This document shows positions 1-11,110 of a stretch of DNA of 64,000 nt, piece by piece (position 1 is the first letter of the stretch; every line of letters starts with the position of its first letter). The stretch covers positions 10,723,962-10,787,961 of the forward strand of contig CAVNZM010000007.1 in the NCBI GenBank assembly GCA_963693365.1, written 5' to 3'. The notes beneath the pieces are model-generated. The model searched no databases and was not told the DNA's origin. It saw only the letters and a program-made list of their open reading frames with translations. This DNA is from Amoebidium appalachense (Eukaryota; Protista; Ichthyosporea). A program made the position numbers and the translations under genes.

Positions 1-52
1 GTCAATGCAAGTCAGCAAATAATAAAGTCTCACAGAGAAACCTCTAAGTTAC
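1..52 (+). repeat. 3' end of the 5' LTR
   Basis: 52/52 identity with 3250-3301; contains AATAAA. Confidence 0.95.
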
Positions 53-66
53 GGTTATGGGCCCAG
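53..66 (+). promoter_or_regulatory. Primer-binding site complementary to the anticodon arm of initiator tRNA-Met (half-tRNA priming)
   Basis: GGTTATGGGCCCAG directly follows the LTR. It is the reverse complement of CUGGGCCCAUAACC in eukaryotic tRNAi-Met and matches the PBS of Drosophila copia. Confidence 0.85.
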
Positions 67-100
67 TACAACGCTACGATCAAGCGACTGTTGAGACAAG

Positions 101-1384
101 ATGGGAAGAGCAAAATGTCCAGTTCCCATGTATGAAGGAGAAGGCAAGGGCAAAATCTCCTACTCAATGTGGGCCATGCGCATGAAGTGCTTCCTCGAGG
201 GCGAGGAATTATGGTACACGATTGAAGACGTGGCTCCTGAAGTGATAGGAGGGGACGGCGAACCGGTGGAGCAACCTCCGGTGGAGATCGACCCCTTGGA
301 TCAGAAGAAGGCGACTTCCTACCTGGTGGAGACACTAGGTGATGTACCTGCAAGCCTGTGTCGGCGAGCTATTGCCGTAGGAAATCCCAAGGACATATGG
401 GATACGGTAGCATCATACGCTGCGCGCAACACAGATGAGCACAAGAGAATGTTGATTCAACAGTTCTGGCGTGCTGATATGATGCCGACGGAAAGCGTGC
501 TGGAGTATGCGGCCCGCCTGGAGTGCATTGTGCAGGATCTTCTTCATATCGATCCCAATGGAGTTAGTGAGGACATGGTTGCCGAGAAATTCCTGGACGG
601 TGTAGGCGCTGACGACCGATTCCGCACCGACGTTAGGACCATTCAAGCTTTACCAGCAGCTGAGAAGACAATGGAAAAGATAATCGCCAAGCTGCGTGGT
701 TTTGAGGAGAACGAGGCTGCAAGGGAACAGCAGCGGGTGATGATGACCAGCACCCAATGGCGCGGCGGTACGCCACGACAGGACACCGGCAAGCCGCGCG
801 TGACTGACATATCCAAGGTGGAGTGTTACAAATGTCACAAGTTTGGGCACTACAAGTCACAGTGTCCAAAGAAGAAGAAGGGCGGCAATCGCGGCGACAA
901 GGCGAAGCAGAACGGAGCTTCCAAGGAGATACTCGCCATGGCGGTAAACAGCGGACTCCCTTCTTCAACTGAGTGGTATTGGGACTGCGGCGCAACCTCC
1001 CATGTCACATGCCGAAAGGACTGGATGGAAGACTTCCGGTCGATCACACCCAAACCCGTCGCTCTGGGTAACACCCCGGGTGTGATGGCGCTAGGAATAG
1101 GCGTCGTAAGATTAACAAGTGAGTTCCAGGGCAACAGCATGACATTTAGACTGCAGAATGTGCTGTACGTGCCAGCATTTGGAACTAACGTGATGTCGGC
1201 TTCAAGCGCCGGCAAGCACGGGTTAAGAGGCATCACCGACGGTCGACAGTGTACGATTGAGAGTGCCACAGATGGCCAAGTTGTGGCCCGTGGGGTAGTG
1301 GAGGGAGGCCTGTATCGTCTCCTAGTGAAACCCGTATGTGAGAGCGTGAACATGGTGACCACTGCAGTCGGCAGCAGTGTGTGA
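101..1384 (+). CDS. Copia Gag + aspartic protease
   Basis: Copia gag N-terminal motif (YSMWAMRM...LW), CCHC knuckle CYKCHKFGHYKSQC, protease WYWDCGATSH, LQNVLYVP, GGLYRL. Confidence 0.92.
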   Translation: MGRAKCPVPMYEGEGKGKISYSMWAMRMKCFLEGEELWYTIEDVAPEVIGGDGEPVEQPPVEIDPLDQKKATSYLVETLGDVPASLCRRAIAVGNPKDIWDTVASYAARNTDEHKRMLIQQFWRADMMPTESVLEYAARLECIVQDLLHIDPNGVSEDMVAEKFLDGVGADDRFRTDVRTIQALPAAEKTMEKIIAKLRGFEENEAAREQQRVMMTSTQWRGGTPRQDTGKPRVTDISKVECYKCHKFGHYKSQCPKKKKGGNRGDKAKQNGASKEILAMAVNSGLPSSTEWYWDCGATSHVTCRKDWMEDFRSITPKPVALGNTPGVMALGIGVVRLTSEFQGNSMTFRLQNVLYVPAFGTNVMSASSAGKHGLRGITDGRQCTIESATDGQVVARGVVEGGLYRLLVKPVCESVNMVTTAVGSSV

Positions 1385-2756
1385 GCCGGTAAAGGGCAGC
1401 GCCAGTTTATGGCACCGGCGGTTTGGTCATGTGGCAACAAACACGCTACAGAAAATGGCTAAAGAAAACATCGTCGAGGGTCTGTGCATCGACTGCAAAC
1501 CCCAGGATGACGGTGTGTGCGAGGGATGCGCGAGAGGGAAGCAAGCCCGGCTCTCTTTCAGTAAGCTACCCCGCAAGACAGCGCCAGCGAAGCTCGACAG
1601 AGTTCATTCTGATGTGGCAGGACCGTTCAACAAGGAGTCGCTGCAAGGTTCCAAGTATTATGTCACCTTCATCGACGACAAGACAAGGTTCACTACGGTG
1701 TACTTCATGAAACATAAATCCCAAGTGCATACTTACTTCAAGAAGTACAAGGCACACGTAGAGAAGCAACACGGTGCCAGCATCAAGATTCTGCGTTCCG
1801 ACAACGGGGGTGAGTACACCTCCACTGAGTTCAAGTCGTTCCTGGAAGCGTGCGGCATTGAACATGAGGCGACAGTCCCTTACACACCAGAGCAGAATGG
1901 TGTAGCAGAGAGGGCTAACAGGACCATTGTCGAGACGGCGCGCTGCATGCTGCAGTCAGCAGGCATGAGTATGGGGTTCTGGCAGCTGGCAGTACAGGCA
2001 GCTGTGTACATCAAGAACCTGACGCCAACCACAGTACTGGGTGGCATGACACCTTGGGAGGCATGGTATGGAGAGAAGCCCGATGTTAGCCATCTACGTG
2101 TATTTGGTAGCAAGGCATTTGTCCATGTGCCGAAGGACGAGCGCAGGAAGCTAGACGCCAAGAGTCGGGAGTGTAAATTCGTCGGCTACACAGGTGACAG
2201 CAAGACGTACTTGTTGTGGGACACCGAGGCGCGCAAGACTATCGTCGGGCGAGATGTGGTGATCGATGAATCATGCACCCCAAAGGCCGGTATTCCGGTG
2301 GTGCAAGATGAGCCAATGGAATTGCTGATGCATAAGCCAATCGGAAATCAGCAGAGCATGGAATCGAGGAATCCAATCAGCGTCAAGAAGCAACATTCCT
2401 TTCGGAAGCCTGCAATCGGCACTGACAGTGGATATGATTCAGATGCTATCGGCGACGGCGCGGGCGAGGACAGCGGCGATTCGGACGCGGCAGGGTCAGG
2501 AGACGAGGAAGATAGTGCAGAGTTGCAGGTTGCAACCAGAAGTGCCTATCCGTCTATGACTACAAGGCGCGGTGGGACCTACGGCATCAACGCAGGTGTA
2601 GTAGAGTACCGCGACAGTATCAGCATGGCAATTGAGAGTGCTGATAGCAACGAGGATGACCCTGTGACACTGGAAGAAGCAATCTCCAGGCCAGCATCAA
2701 ACACATCGACGTTCAGTACCACTACACCCGTGAGTGTGTGGAGAATGGGGATGTAG
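1377..2756 (+). CDS. Copia integrase region, +1 frame relative to gag-PR and truncated by the RT deletion
   Basis: HHCC motif LWHRRFGH...CEGC; DDE core HSDVAGP / LRSDNGGEY / PEQNGVAERANRT; HLRVFGS, FVGY; ends just after the pre-RT motif DPVTLEEA. Confidence 0.9.
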   Translation: MCEPVKGSASLWHRRFGHVATNTLQKMAKENIVEGLCIDCKPQDDGVCEGCARGKQARLSFSKLPRKTAPAKLDRVHSDVAGPFNKESLQGSKYYVTFIDDKTRFTTVYFMKHKSQVHTYFKKYKAHVEKQHGASIKILRSDNGGEYTSTEFKSFLEACGIEHEATVPYTPEQNGVAERANRTIVETARCMLQSAGMSMGFWQLAVQAAVYIKNLTPTTVLGGMTPWEAWYGEKPDVSHLRVFGSKAFVHVPKDERRKLDAKSRECKFVGYTGDSKTYLLWDTEARKTIVGRDVVIDESCTPKAGIPVVQDEPMELLMHKPIGNQQSMESRNPISVKKQHSFRKPAIGTDSGYDSDAIGDGAGEDSGDSDAAGSGDEEDSAELQVATRSAYPSMTTRRGGTYGINAGVVEYRDSISMAIESADSNEDDPVTLEEAISRPASNTSTFSTTTPVSVWRMGM

Positions 2757-2863
2757 AACTTGTGTATTGCAGCACGAACAGTAACGTGGCCGACATGTGC
2801 ACCAAAGCTTTAGGGAGACTTAAGTTGGTGCAGCATCGGCAGGCCATCGGCATGGCTGAGTAA
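2693..2863 (+). pseudogene. Out-of-frame C-terminal fragment of copia RNase H
   Basis: Translates as SIKHIDVQYHYTRECVENGDVELVYCSTNSNVADMCTKALGRLKLVQHRQAIGMAE*, matching the KHIDxxYH...ADxxTKAL end of copia RNase H. Confidence 0.9.
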
Positions 2864-2996
2864 GAACTACAAATAGTGTAGTGTTAATGTTCGTGTAGTA
2901 GGTGTTATATGTGTTAGTATAGTAGCATAGTTTTAGAGTTGCATCTTAGGTTTAGGTTGCATGCGGTACATAGATAGAACACAGTGCAAGTGGGGG

Positions 2997-3302
2997 TGTC
3001 GAACAGGATAGCCATCCGGTATGCCCTGCGTTAGCGTAGCACTAGTGATCGGGAATATTCGAGATATTCGGGATAAACTGGTGGATAGGTTCACGATAGA
3101 TCAGGATAGATCTAGAAGAGTCTAGAAGATTCTATTGGAGTGCTTTGATTGGTAGCGACTAGATCCATAGCGGCGGGTAGACCAATCGGGAATAGTATGT
3201 AACATTCCAGTGAGCCAGACCACAAGTATATAAAGGTCCCGGCGGGCCAGTCAATGCAAGTCAGCAAATAATAAAGTCTCACAGAGAAACCTCTAAGTTA
3301 CA
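2997..3302 (+). repeat. 3' LTR (306 bp)
   Basis: Starts TGTC after the PPT-like AAGTGGGGG (2988-2996) and ends TTACA. Contains TATATAAA near 3228 and AATAAA near 3270. Confidence 0.9.
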
Positions 3303-4006
3303 GGGGGGGAAAGGGGGGGGGGGGGGGGGGGTCGGGAGGGAGGGAGGGAGGGGGCAACTCAGTGTGTGTGCATCCCGAAAGCATGAAGCATTGTGTGCAA
3401 TAAGATCCGCAGCGTTATATTGCTCTAAGTTTGCTCATGCCTTTCAAACCAAATTTGCACAATTCCCGGTATATGTGTATGTGCGTTTCAGGGTCTGATA
3501 GGGCGGACAGTCGTGGGTGGTTGGGTTCAGGTGTATTTGCATAACCCCAATGGTGCAAAGAGTAAATACAATTATAGAAAGATTTGTTTGTGTCTGTGAT
3601 GTGGGTGTGACAGGGTTTTTTTGTGATGTGGGTGTGAGAAGACTTGTACCACATCAACCTCTTCGGGCCGGCACTAATTGACATGGCCGGCAGCCGGCCA
3701 GCTTTAAACAGCTCTAAACAATTGATTGCGGCTCGAAATCGATAGAAAAGGCTCAAATAATTTGTCACGAATACCGACACGTATATGTCTTACCCACACA
3801 TGTTTCTAGGTTGGCTTCGGGAAAAAGCCATTATTTCGTATACTTGTGTATCTGTTTCTATGTTTCTGAAGTGACTATCTAGGGAAATTGCCGGTATGAG
3901 CAGGTTAATGGATGTGTGGGAGCACGAAAAAGGCGCTTTGAAAAAACCCAACTGTGTTTTCCTGAAGATTACGCTGGAATCTGAATGGCCCTAGAAACTT
4001 TGCGCC

Positions 4007-4011
<5 letters not shown>

Positions 4012-4084
<73 letters not shown>
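4012..4084. repeat. (GT)n microsatellite, representative of dozens in the window (e.g. 14126-14210, 26499-26611, 36058-36170, 46849-46957, 49292-49417, 59501-59643)
   Basis: Directly visible dinucleotide runs. Confidence 0.95.
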
Positions 4085-4086
<2 letters not shown>

Positions 4087-4698
4087 TGTGTTAGCACTTA
4101 ATCTATGATACCGGTGGTGGAAGTGTGGTGAATCCACACTTCCCCAACCGTGACCAACGAGGGTAACACTCGGGGGCACAGCTATACTAGCTTTTAGTCT
4201 CGAGGGATGCATGAGCAGGAGGGCCCGGGGATGGGTAAGGATGACGCCGCGGGATGGCTGGGTGGTCTATTATGTAGCCAAGGCTATAAGTATGTAGTTA
4301 CTCAAGGCCAACCTCGAGGTGTATGCATGTATTCCCTTTGGTTGGGTGGTTGCATGGGTTGTTGGGTGCATCGGGTTGGGGAAGGAGTGGGGTTGAGCGT
4401 TGGTTTTTATTATTAAAGTTCATTTTCATTTTTATTTTATTTATTTAACTATTTATTTATTATTCAATTTATTTATTTTTTTATTTATATACATACATAT
4501 ATATATATATTTGGTACTGTAGTATATAGGCGTTAATCGGATACTGTCAAACTGTGTTGTAGTTAGCGTGGTTGGTGTTTGCGTGGGTGTGCCTTTCGGG
4601 CGTGGCGCGCGGCACAAGTGTTTGTACTTGTGGATTTGCTCGGTCTACACTGCTGTTGACATGTGTGTGGGTGTGGGTGGGTGGGTGGATGGGTGCGT

Positions 4699-4749
<51 letters not shown>

Positions 4750-5300
4750 GAATGGACAAGGGAGCCACGGTGTCTATGCATGTGTGTGTGTGGGTGTGGG
4801 TGGGTGGGTGGATGGGTGTGTGTGGGGGGGGGGGGGGGGGGGGGGGGAATGGAAAAGGGAGCCACGGTGTCTATGCATGAAAGGGGTAAAGGCTGGGTGA
4901 GGGAAGAAGCACTGCCCTGTGGGTAATCCGGGGGAGGGGGGGGGGGGGGGGGGGGGGGGACGAAAGAGGGGAGATATGAAATGAGGCGTAGCTTAGCTCT
5001 TTCACATGTAAACCGACTCTCACATGCTGGGCAGTATCCCCAACACAAACATATCTTTTGTTTCTTTAGAAGTGAAGGTGCCCACGTGCACTCCTTTATG
5101 TAACGAGGATATCTGTATGGGGCGCACGGCACCGTTTAGCGAAAATGTGACCCCGGGCTACTGGTTCGGGGTAGGACACTACAAAAACAGAAAGAAAATA
5201 TAATGCATGCACATGCACATTCTTATTGGTAACAGATCCTTCATTCGCTGCACATTCCTAAAGTAAACAGATCCTTCATTCATCACACTTTTGAAGTTAT

Positions 5301-6620
5301 TCAAAAAGGTGTCTTGCACGTAAACCTCACACTGTGCTGTGCACTGCTGCCCTTCTGGGCCACTACCCTGCAGGCATAGTCTATGGACGTACCCTCATCC
5401 ACCACCTGCCACGGGCCCAAAACCTCAGCCAAGGGCCTGCCACGTATGACGTCACCTATGGGCACAGTCCAATCCAGGTCGTCCACAGGTGCCGGTGCCA
5501 CGTGGGTGGTGTCTTCTCGTGTTTGGACATTGTCCTTTCCTTTTTTGGCGTATCTGGGGGGGCCATATGGGGTGGGGTCGAGGCGTCTTTGCAGGGCATT
5601 AAGGTGGTGGAAGTGGTCGTTAAGGGTCAAGTCACGTGCATGCAGCAGCAGTCGGGGCACAGGGCCCACCCCCCCAGCAGGCAGGTGCAGGCAGCTCTGC
5701 AGGTGCGGTCTGTGGCCCCCAGAGAGTGCCGTGGTGTCTGCCTCCCAGGCCACCTGCCTGGCCACATACTCCTTCACTGCCTGTGCCCCCTCCCCCTGCA
5801 CGGTGGCTGCATATGCGCTCAGCTCGTGCACTAGGGGCCTAGCTGCCAGGCCACTGTGACCGTAGAAGCTATCGCCCACTATGGGGCAGCCCAGGCCGTG
5901 AGGGGGCGGTAGGGCGCAGTGCACCCGCAGTTGGTGAGTCTTGCCCGTGTGCGGCCGCAGCAGCAGCCGGGCCGCCCCCTGGCCCCTCTCCAAAACGTGC
6001 CACTCCGTCACACACGCCTTGCTGCCCCCAGGGTCGGCCACACGCACAAGAGGCACACCCTGTGCGCGGCCTATGGGCGTCGAAATGAGCCCCGTGTCGT
6101 GGGTGAGCACGGAGGACCCCCTGGCCTCTGCCCAGCGCGTGTCCACCACGGCCTCATAAGTCTTTGCTATGCGCCGGGCTGCAAGGTCCTGCATCAGCGA
6201 CCGCTGCACGGGGAAGGTCCATGCAAACAGCAGCAGCCCAGACGTGCCCTCGTCCAGCCGGTGCACAACATGGGGCGTCAGCAGGGTGTTGCCCTGCAAA
6301 GTGCTGGGGTCTTGCATGGTGAAGGGCAGGCGGCCATGTTTCAGTGCATGCTTCCAGTACTCCCTGTCGGGCACGTGCGGCCTGTCCGCCTGCTCGGCCT
6401 CGAACGCTAGGGCCTGGGCTGTGGCCTCAAACACGGGGGCACGCTGCTGCCAGGCCGCCACCGCCTGTGGGTTTGCGAGGGCATATGCGGCAAGTATTGT
6501 TGCTGCGTTACGCAAAACATTGGCTCCCTTTCGGCCTGGCACAGACAGCAGACGGGCGGGCTTGTTGACCACACACAGCGCAGCGTCAGCATAGACTATG
6601 TGCAGTGCCCCCGCAGCCAT
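5301..6620 (-). CDS. RluA/RPUSD-family RNA pseudouridine synthase (single-exon CDS, 439 aa)
   Basis: Motifs VVNKPARLLSVPG, catalytic VVHRLDEGTSGLLLFA, KTYEAVV, PHTGKTHQLRVH, LGCPIVGDSFYG, RLLLHA. Confidence 0.92.
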   Translation of the reverse strand: MAAGALHIVYADAALCVVNKPARLLSVPGRKGANVLRNAATILAAYALANPQAVAAWQQRAPVFEATAQALAFEAEQADRPHVPDREYWKHALKHGRLPFTMQDPSTLQGNTLLTPHVVHRLDEGTSGLLLFAWTFPVQRSLMQDLAARRIAKTYEAVVDTRWAEARGSSVLTHDTGLISTPIGRAQGVPLVRVADPGGSKACVTEWHVLERGQGAARLLLRPHTGKTHQLRVHCALPPPHGLGCPIVGDSFYGHSGLAARPLVHELSAYAATVQGEGAQAVKEYVARQVAWEADTTALSGGHRPHLQSCLHLPAGGVGPVPRLLLHARDLTLNDHFHHLNALQRRLDPTPYGPPRYAKKGKDNVQTREDTTHVAPAPVDDLDWTVPIGDVIRGRPLAEVLGPWQVVDEGTSIDYACRVVAQKGSSAQHSVRFTCKTPF

Positions 6621-8658
6621 CGAGTGCCTCAGCCCCTACGGGCGCCGTCTGTGACTGTGCTGGGTGAGGGCTAGTGACGGCCTGAAAACAACGGGACGGC
6701 TTAATGGGAACCAGTGGAAATGCACAAAGTCGAGGAGTTGAAGTGCATCCCCCGAGGCCCTAGGTGTACTACGCACTAGCTCAGTGGTGTGTCGTGCAAG
6801 CAGCGCTGTCCGGGGGGTCCGAGCTGGGCTGCTACAGTGCTCAGTTGCTGGTCAAGACCGTGCCACGGGTACTCTCTCGGTAACAGTTTGTGAAACCCAT
6901 TTCTGACCTCACACCCTCCTGTACACGGAAGTGCTGCTAGTGCTTGTCGTTTTCAGTTCTGAGGCTGCGGCATTGGATGTCGTTCTGGCAGCTCGCCAAG
7001 TCCAGACTCCAGCTGTCCAGAGTCTCAGCTCAGCTGACGCACCGGTAGCCTAGCCTACGGTAACCTAGCAAAGGTTGTGGGACTGCCGTTGGCAGCTGGG
7101 TCAGCCTGGGTGCCACCTACTGTACACATTCAAAGGTACACAGCTCACACGTGTGTGCTGAGCCGGCTCGCGGAGTCGCGAGCCTCCAGGGCCGCGTGCA
7201 GATGACCAATGATTTCTGACCAATCATCACCATATATGGGTGAACACGATGCGCTCTAAGCGAATCATGTTAGATGTGCTTGTGAATAGTTTTAGCAAGT
7301 AGCCAATCAAATGGTGTTTTTGCACAACATGAGGCAGATCATATCTACACAACATGGCATCGAAAGCCTGATTAGACTCTTGACGCATATAGGTACACAT
7401 GTTTGTTGCAATGCGTAATAGATACGAAAATTCATAATAAGTTAATAAGAGAAGTTTTTGCTATGCACTACTGTAACCTCTTAGCATCAATGCGTAGACT
7501 CCGTAGACCATGAGTCGTCCAGGTCTTGTCCGGGTCGTCCCCGCTGCTGCGCTGCAGCTGTCAGCCTGTTGGCTGTGGCACTGTGCCACTGGCTGCCAGC
7601 TGGCAATGATTGTGAGCATTCATCTAGCCAATCATTCACTTTCCTTGCACACTCCCCCTAGTACTAATCTCGATCAATTACGTAGCTGGTGAGTTGGCCT
7701 TTTGTTGGTTTCTCCATAAAGCTGTCACTCTGTGCTTTGTTTATTGTTTTTTGGCCCGCTTATCTACGTATATAGTGGTCCGCAGGCTGAGGTCATTTAA
7801 TTGGCGACGTTGGCCAGTGGCCCATTCAGCCAGTGGTTAGTGCATGTGGGCACGCACTGTACCTGGAGTCTACCAAAGCCTCGGTTTTTAAGAACCCCCT
7901 GCCTTGGACACTCAACTTTACAGTTTTTGTATGCGCTCGCTAACTCGGAAAGTTTTGTTTCGTTCTTGCCTCCTACTGGTTTTTAAATATCCCGTGCAAT
8001 TATCCCTTTACTGGATGAGTAATACAGCCACTGAAGAAGAAGAAAAAGCTTTTTTGGCTCGGCATATTCAATTTCTGAACTTCCGCGTGTTCAAAAATTA
8101 AGTTGAAAAAGCTCACGAAGTTTACATTTTCAATTTGCTTCGGAAAAACTCGTCCGCAATATCTGTAACATCAGGTTTGTTTGTTTTAACAAAAAATAAT
8201 TCAATACATGAAGCCATATTAAAAATGTCGAAGAAACCTTTTCACTAAATTGGCTCCCATCAATATGAGCTCTGCGGCTGCTCGGGTTGACCTACTCGTA
8301 GGTTTAGGGGGTCGTTCATGTGGTGCGTGGCGTGACTATCAGAGCACACGACAGTAGTAGCCTTTGTATGTATCAGTTTTGTGCAACTCACACCAATACG
8401 CAGTAAGATACGCAGTATTCAGTCACTTGCAATTGAGCTCAACGGATGGCGACTTCACGTAGTGTTTATGTCGGACTTCCTTTACAACAGACTCTCGCGT
8501 TGGTGTGTCTGCACCCTCTCCGCCTGCCGCTTGGTGCTTACATGATAGGGAGCCTCTTCGCTGTTTAGCTGGTCACAACCACCGCCTCTGCCCATCTCGC
8601 CTCACCTCCACCCTCGTTACACCTGCGCGACCCTAGTAGAGTACCACCAGTCCACAAC

Positions 8659-10471
8659 ATGGCTGGTGGGGTTGTGTCGCAGGCGAAGCTGCGGCTACGC
8701 CGTACGCCCTGCTTCAGCCGCCTGGGGTTCCTCGTGACCCTCCTGGCCGTGCTGGTGTGCATCATAGTGCCCGTATATGTGGCCTGGTATAAGGGGGGCG
8801 AGCCAGACCTCAACGCTTACGTCGAGTTCACGTACTCCACTGGGAAGCAGCCTGTGGGGCTCACTCGTGATGACGGCGTAGCCATGTACGTGTACTTGAC
8901 TAACTTGGACCAGGCAAAGAACAGCTTCAGCATACGCTGCGACTTTCTGCACATCGGCGAAAAATCTTGCTGATGAAAGTCTGGTGTTCAACTTCAACGA
9001 CGCAGCCTACAAGAAGCCTAATGGATCGAGCTCGCTCACCCCGTTTGACGGCACTTACTATTTCGTCTCGGTAGGGCTTCCCAGCTGAGTGTACTTTAAG
9101 CAGCGCTCGTGCTTATCACTATCCCCCTAGATTCATCGTGTTTTCATTCTTCAACCTTTGGTTTTTGTTTTCGTTTTGCCACGTGGAGTAGGTTTTTCCG
9201 CACTGTAGCTTTTACCGGTTGGTTGTAAGTATTTTTATTGGCTCCCATTTCAGGGCCAAATCCGAGGCTTTCATTACCCCACCCTTTTCTGCCCCCCCCC
9301 CCCCCCCCTCCCCTCTCCCTCCCCCTCTTCCACCCCATACCCCCCCCCCCTCCACCCTCTCTACCCCCCACTTGCCTATCCACCGGTGACTCACCTTGCA
9401 GGTCTCGAGTCAGTTTTTCTAAAGCACCCAAACGTTGAGCGTGCATGTCCTTGTAAAATCCACTAAAGTCATAGCCTATTTCTGTTCTCACCATATATGT
9501 AACTGTCCCTAAGTTAACACTAGACAACGAGTTGGGCTGCTCCGTTTCCCCCTCTCCTCCTCCTCCCCCGGCACCCCTTTCTCGGCCTCTTCCCGTTCCC
9601 CTTCTTCCCGCAGCCGCTCCCATGCCTGCATGCCTAGCCTACCTGTAGCCGTTATCAGTAGACTTTAGGGTTAGTGTTTGCCCCAATCACGGAGGTTCGT
9701 TATTAAATAGCTGTTTAACTGGGTATATGTATATACCTTGCTCACCCATAACCCTGTCTCTTTCCCCCGCAGGGAGACATGTATCGCTACCCGTTTGACC
9801 ACTACGAGGGTGGCATCTACATATCAGCCGAGTTTGCCAACGAAACGGAAGTTCCCTTCAACCTGTTCTTTGTGAGTGCCTTCAGTGGCTTTGACGTCAC
9901 GTCCTCTTATAGTTTCTACAACCCCCCTGCCAACACCACCACCTCCTCCTCAGCCGAGGATGCAGGCACAGACGCCCGCACACTTTATGTGTCTGCAAAA
10001 CGCAGCGCCACGACGCTTGGGTTCTCGCTGTTTGCCATGATTGTCATGTGGGTCATCAGCATCAGCTTTGCCATGGTGGTCTTTGATGTCTTCTTCCGCC
10101 ATAGAAACCCAGAGCCCCCAATCCTCGGCGCATGCGTCTCTATGGTAACACCCCCCCCCTCCCCCCCCCCCCCCCCCCCCCCCCCAAAAAAAAGAAAAAA
10201 AGATAAAGAATAAGAAGCCGGGAAGAAAGACAGCGTGCCTGCACCGCATTGCGCTTGGCTACGAACGGTAAACCTTTTGAGCGATATATAACAAATACAT
10301 CGAGCTTTTGAGGGTCTTAATGTATTTTTCGGAGCTTTCTATCAAAAATTCGGCCATTTCCTCGCTCAACTCGTCTTCAAATTGTTGTTCAGGACTTGTC
10401 TACTAGTTAGAGAACTCGGAGTTTTATACCAGTCTGGCCATAGCCTCGACTGAACCCTGCCGCTTCCCCCC

Positions 10472-10535
<64 letters not shown>

Positions 10536-11110
10536 TCCTCCTCAAAGAAAAAGGGGGGAGCGGTGGGGGGAAGGTTGGGTGGGGGGGGGGGGGGGGGGGG
10601 GGGGGGAGGTGAGGGGGAGGAGAATGCTCAGCTCTTCCACAACCCGCACTATCGCACTCACCAAGCGCTTCCCCCCCCCCCCCCCCCCCCCACAAAAAAA
10701 AAAAAAAAAAAAACACTTTACGCCTACCCACGCACCCGAGCATTTACCGGCCCCTTGCTCCTGTGGAACACATGTTCAGCTCCCTGCTCCCCTTCCCAAC
10801 TCACTGTTGTCTGACCAAGCATACCCACACCCAGATCTTTGCCCTGCCAGCCCTCCGCAATGCCCAGCCAAATGTGCCGCCCGTGGGCTGTGCTGCGGAC
10901 CTTCTCTCTTTCATCTGGTGCATCTTCATTGTGGTGTGCACGGCATGCTCCATGATCATTATGTATGTTAGCAGGTGGAAGCCCCCTGCACCTCCTGCAC
11001 CCCAGGCCCCCCCTACGCAAGCGGGTGCCCAGGATAAGAGGGGCACGGCGGGGGATATTGTTGTGCCCATGTCGATGGGTGTGTTGGATACGGCTAACAG
11101 CACGAAGTAA
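8659..11110 (+). CDS. DUF4436-family membrane protein (3 exons: 8659-9070, 9773-10144, 10835-11110)
   Basis: N-terminal TM helix; GDMYRYPFDHY; KRS followed by a TM helix; M|IFALPALRNAQPNVPPVGCAAD..FIW. GT-AG introns are in phase 0. Needs removal of one A in GAAAAATC near 8960, probably a homopolymer error. Confidence 0.8.

Larger units (their letters stand above)
1..3302 (+). mobile_element. Ty1/copia LTR retrotransposon, internally deleted (RT-less), 5' LTR cut by the window edge
   Basis: Positions 1-52 are identical to 3250-3301. PBS at 53, gag-PR-IN ORFs in copia order, an RNase H C-terminal fragment, a purine tract, then a TG...CA LTR at 2997-3302 followed directly by a poly(G) tract. 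Confidence 0.95.

Noticed and set aside
5334-6594. Plus-strand ORFs overlapping the RluA gene
   Set aside because: Antisense shadow ORFs of a GC-rich CDS, with no recognisable motifs.
7200-7640. CCAAT boxes in divergent intergenic regions (also 21116, 21169)
   Set aside because: Plausible promoter elements, but too short to support without TSS data.
8955-8975. Programmed frameshift or TGA-TGA readthrough/selenocysteine in DUF4436 exon 1
   Set aside because: One extra A in a 5-A run explains it, and a similar homopolymer slip occurs at ~60195, so sequencing error is more parsimonious.
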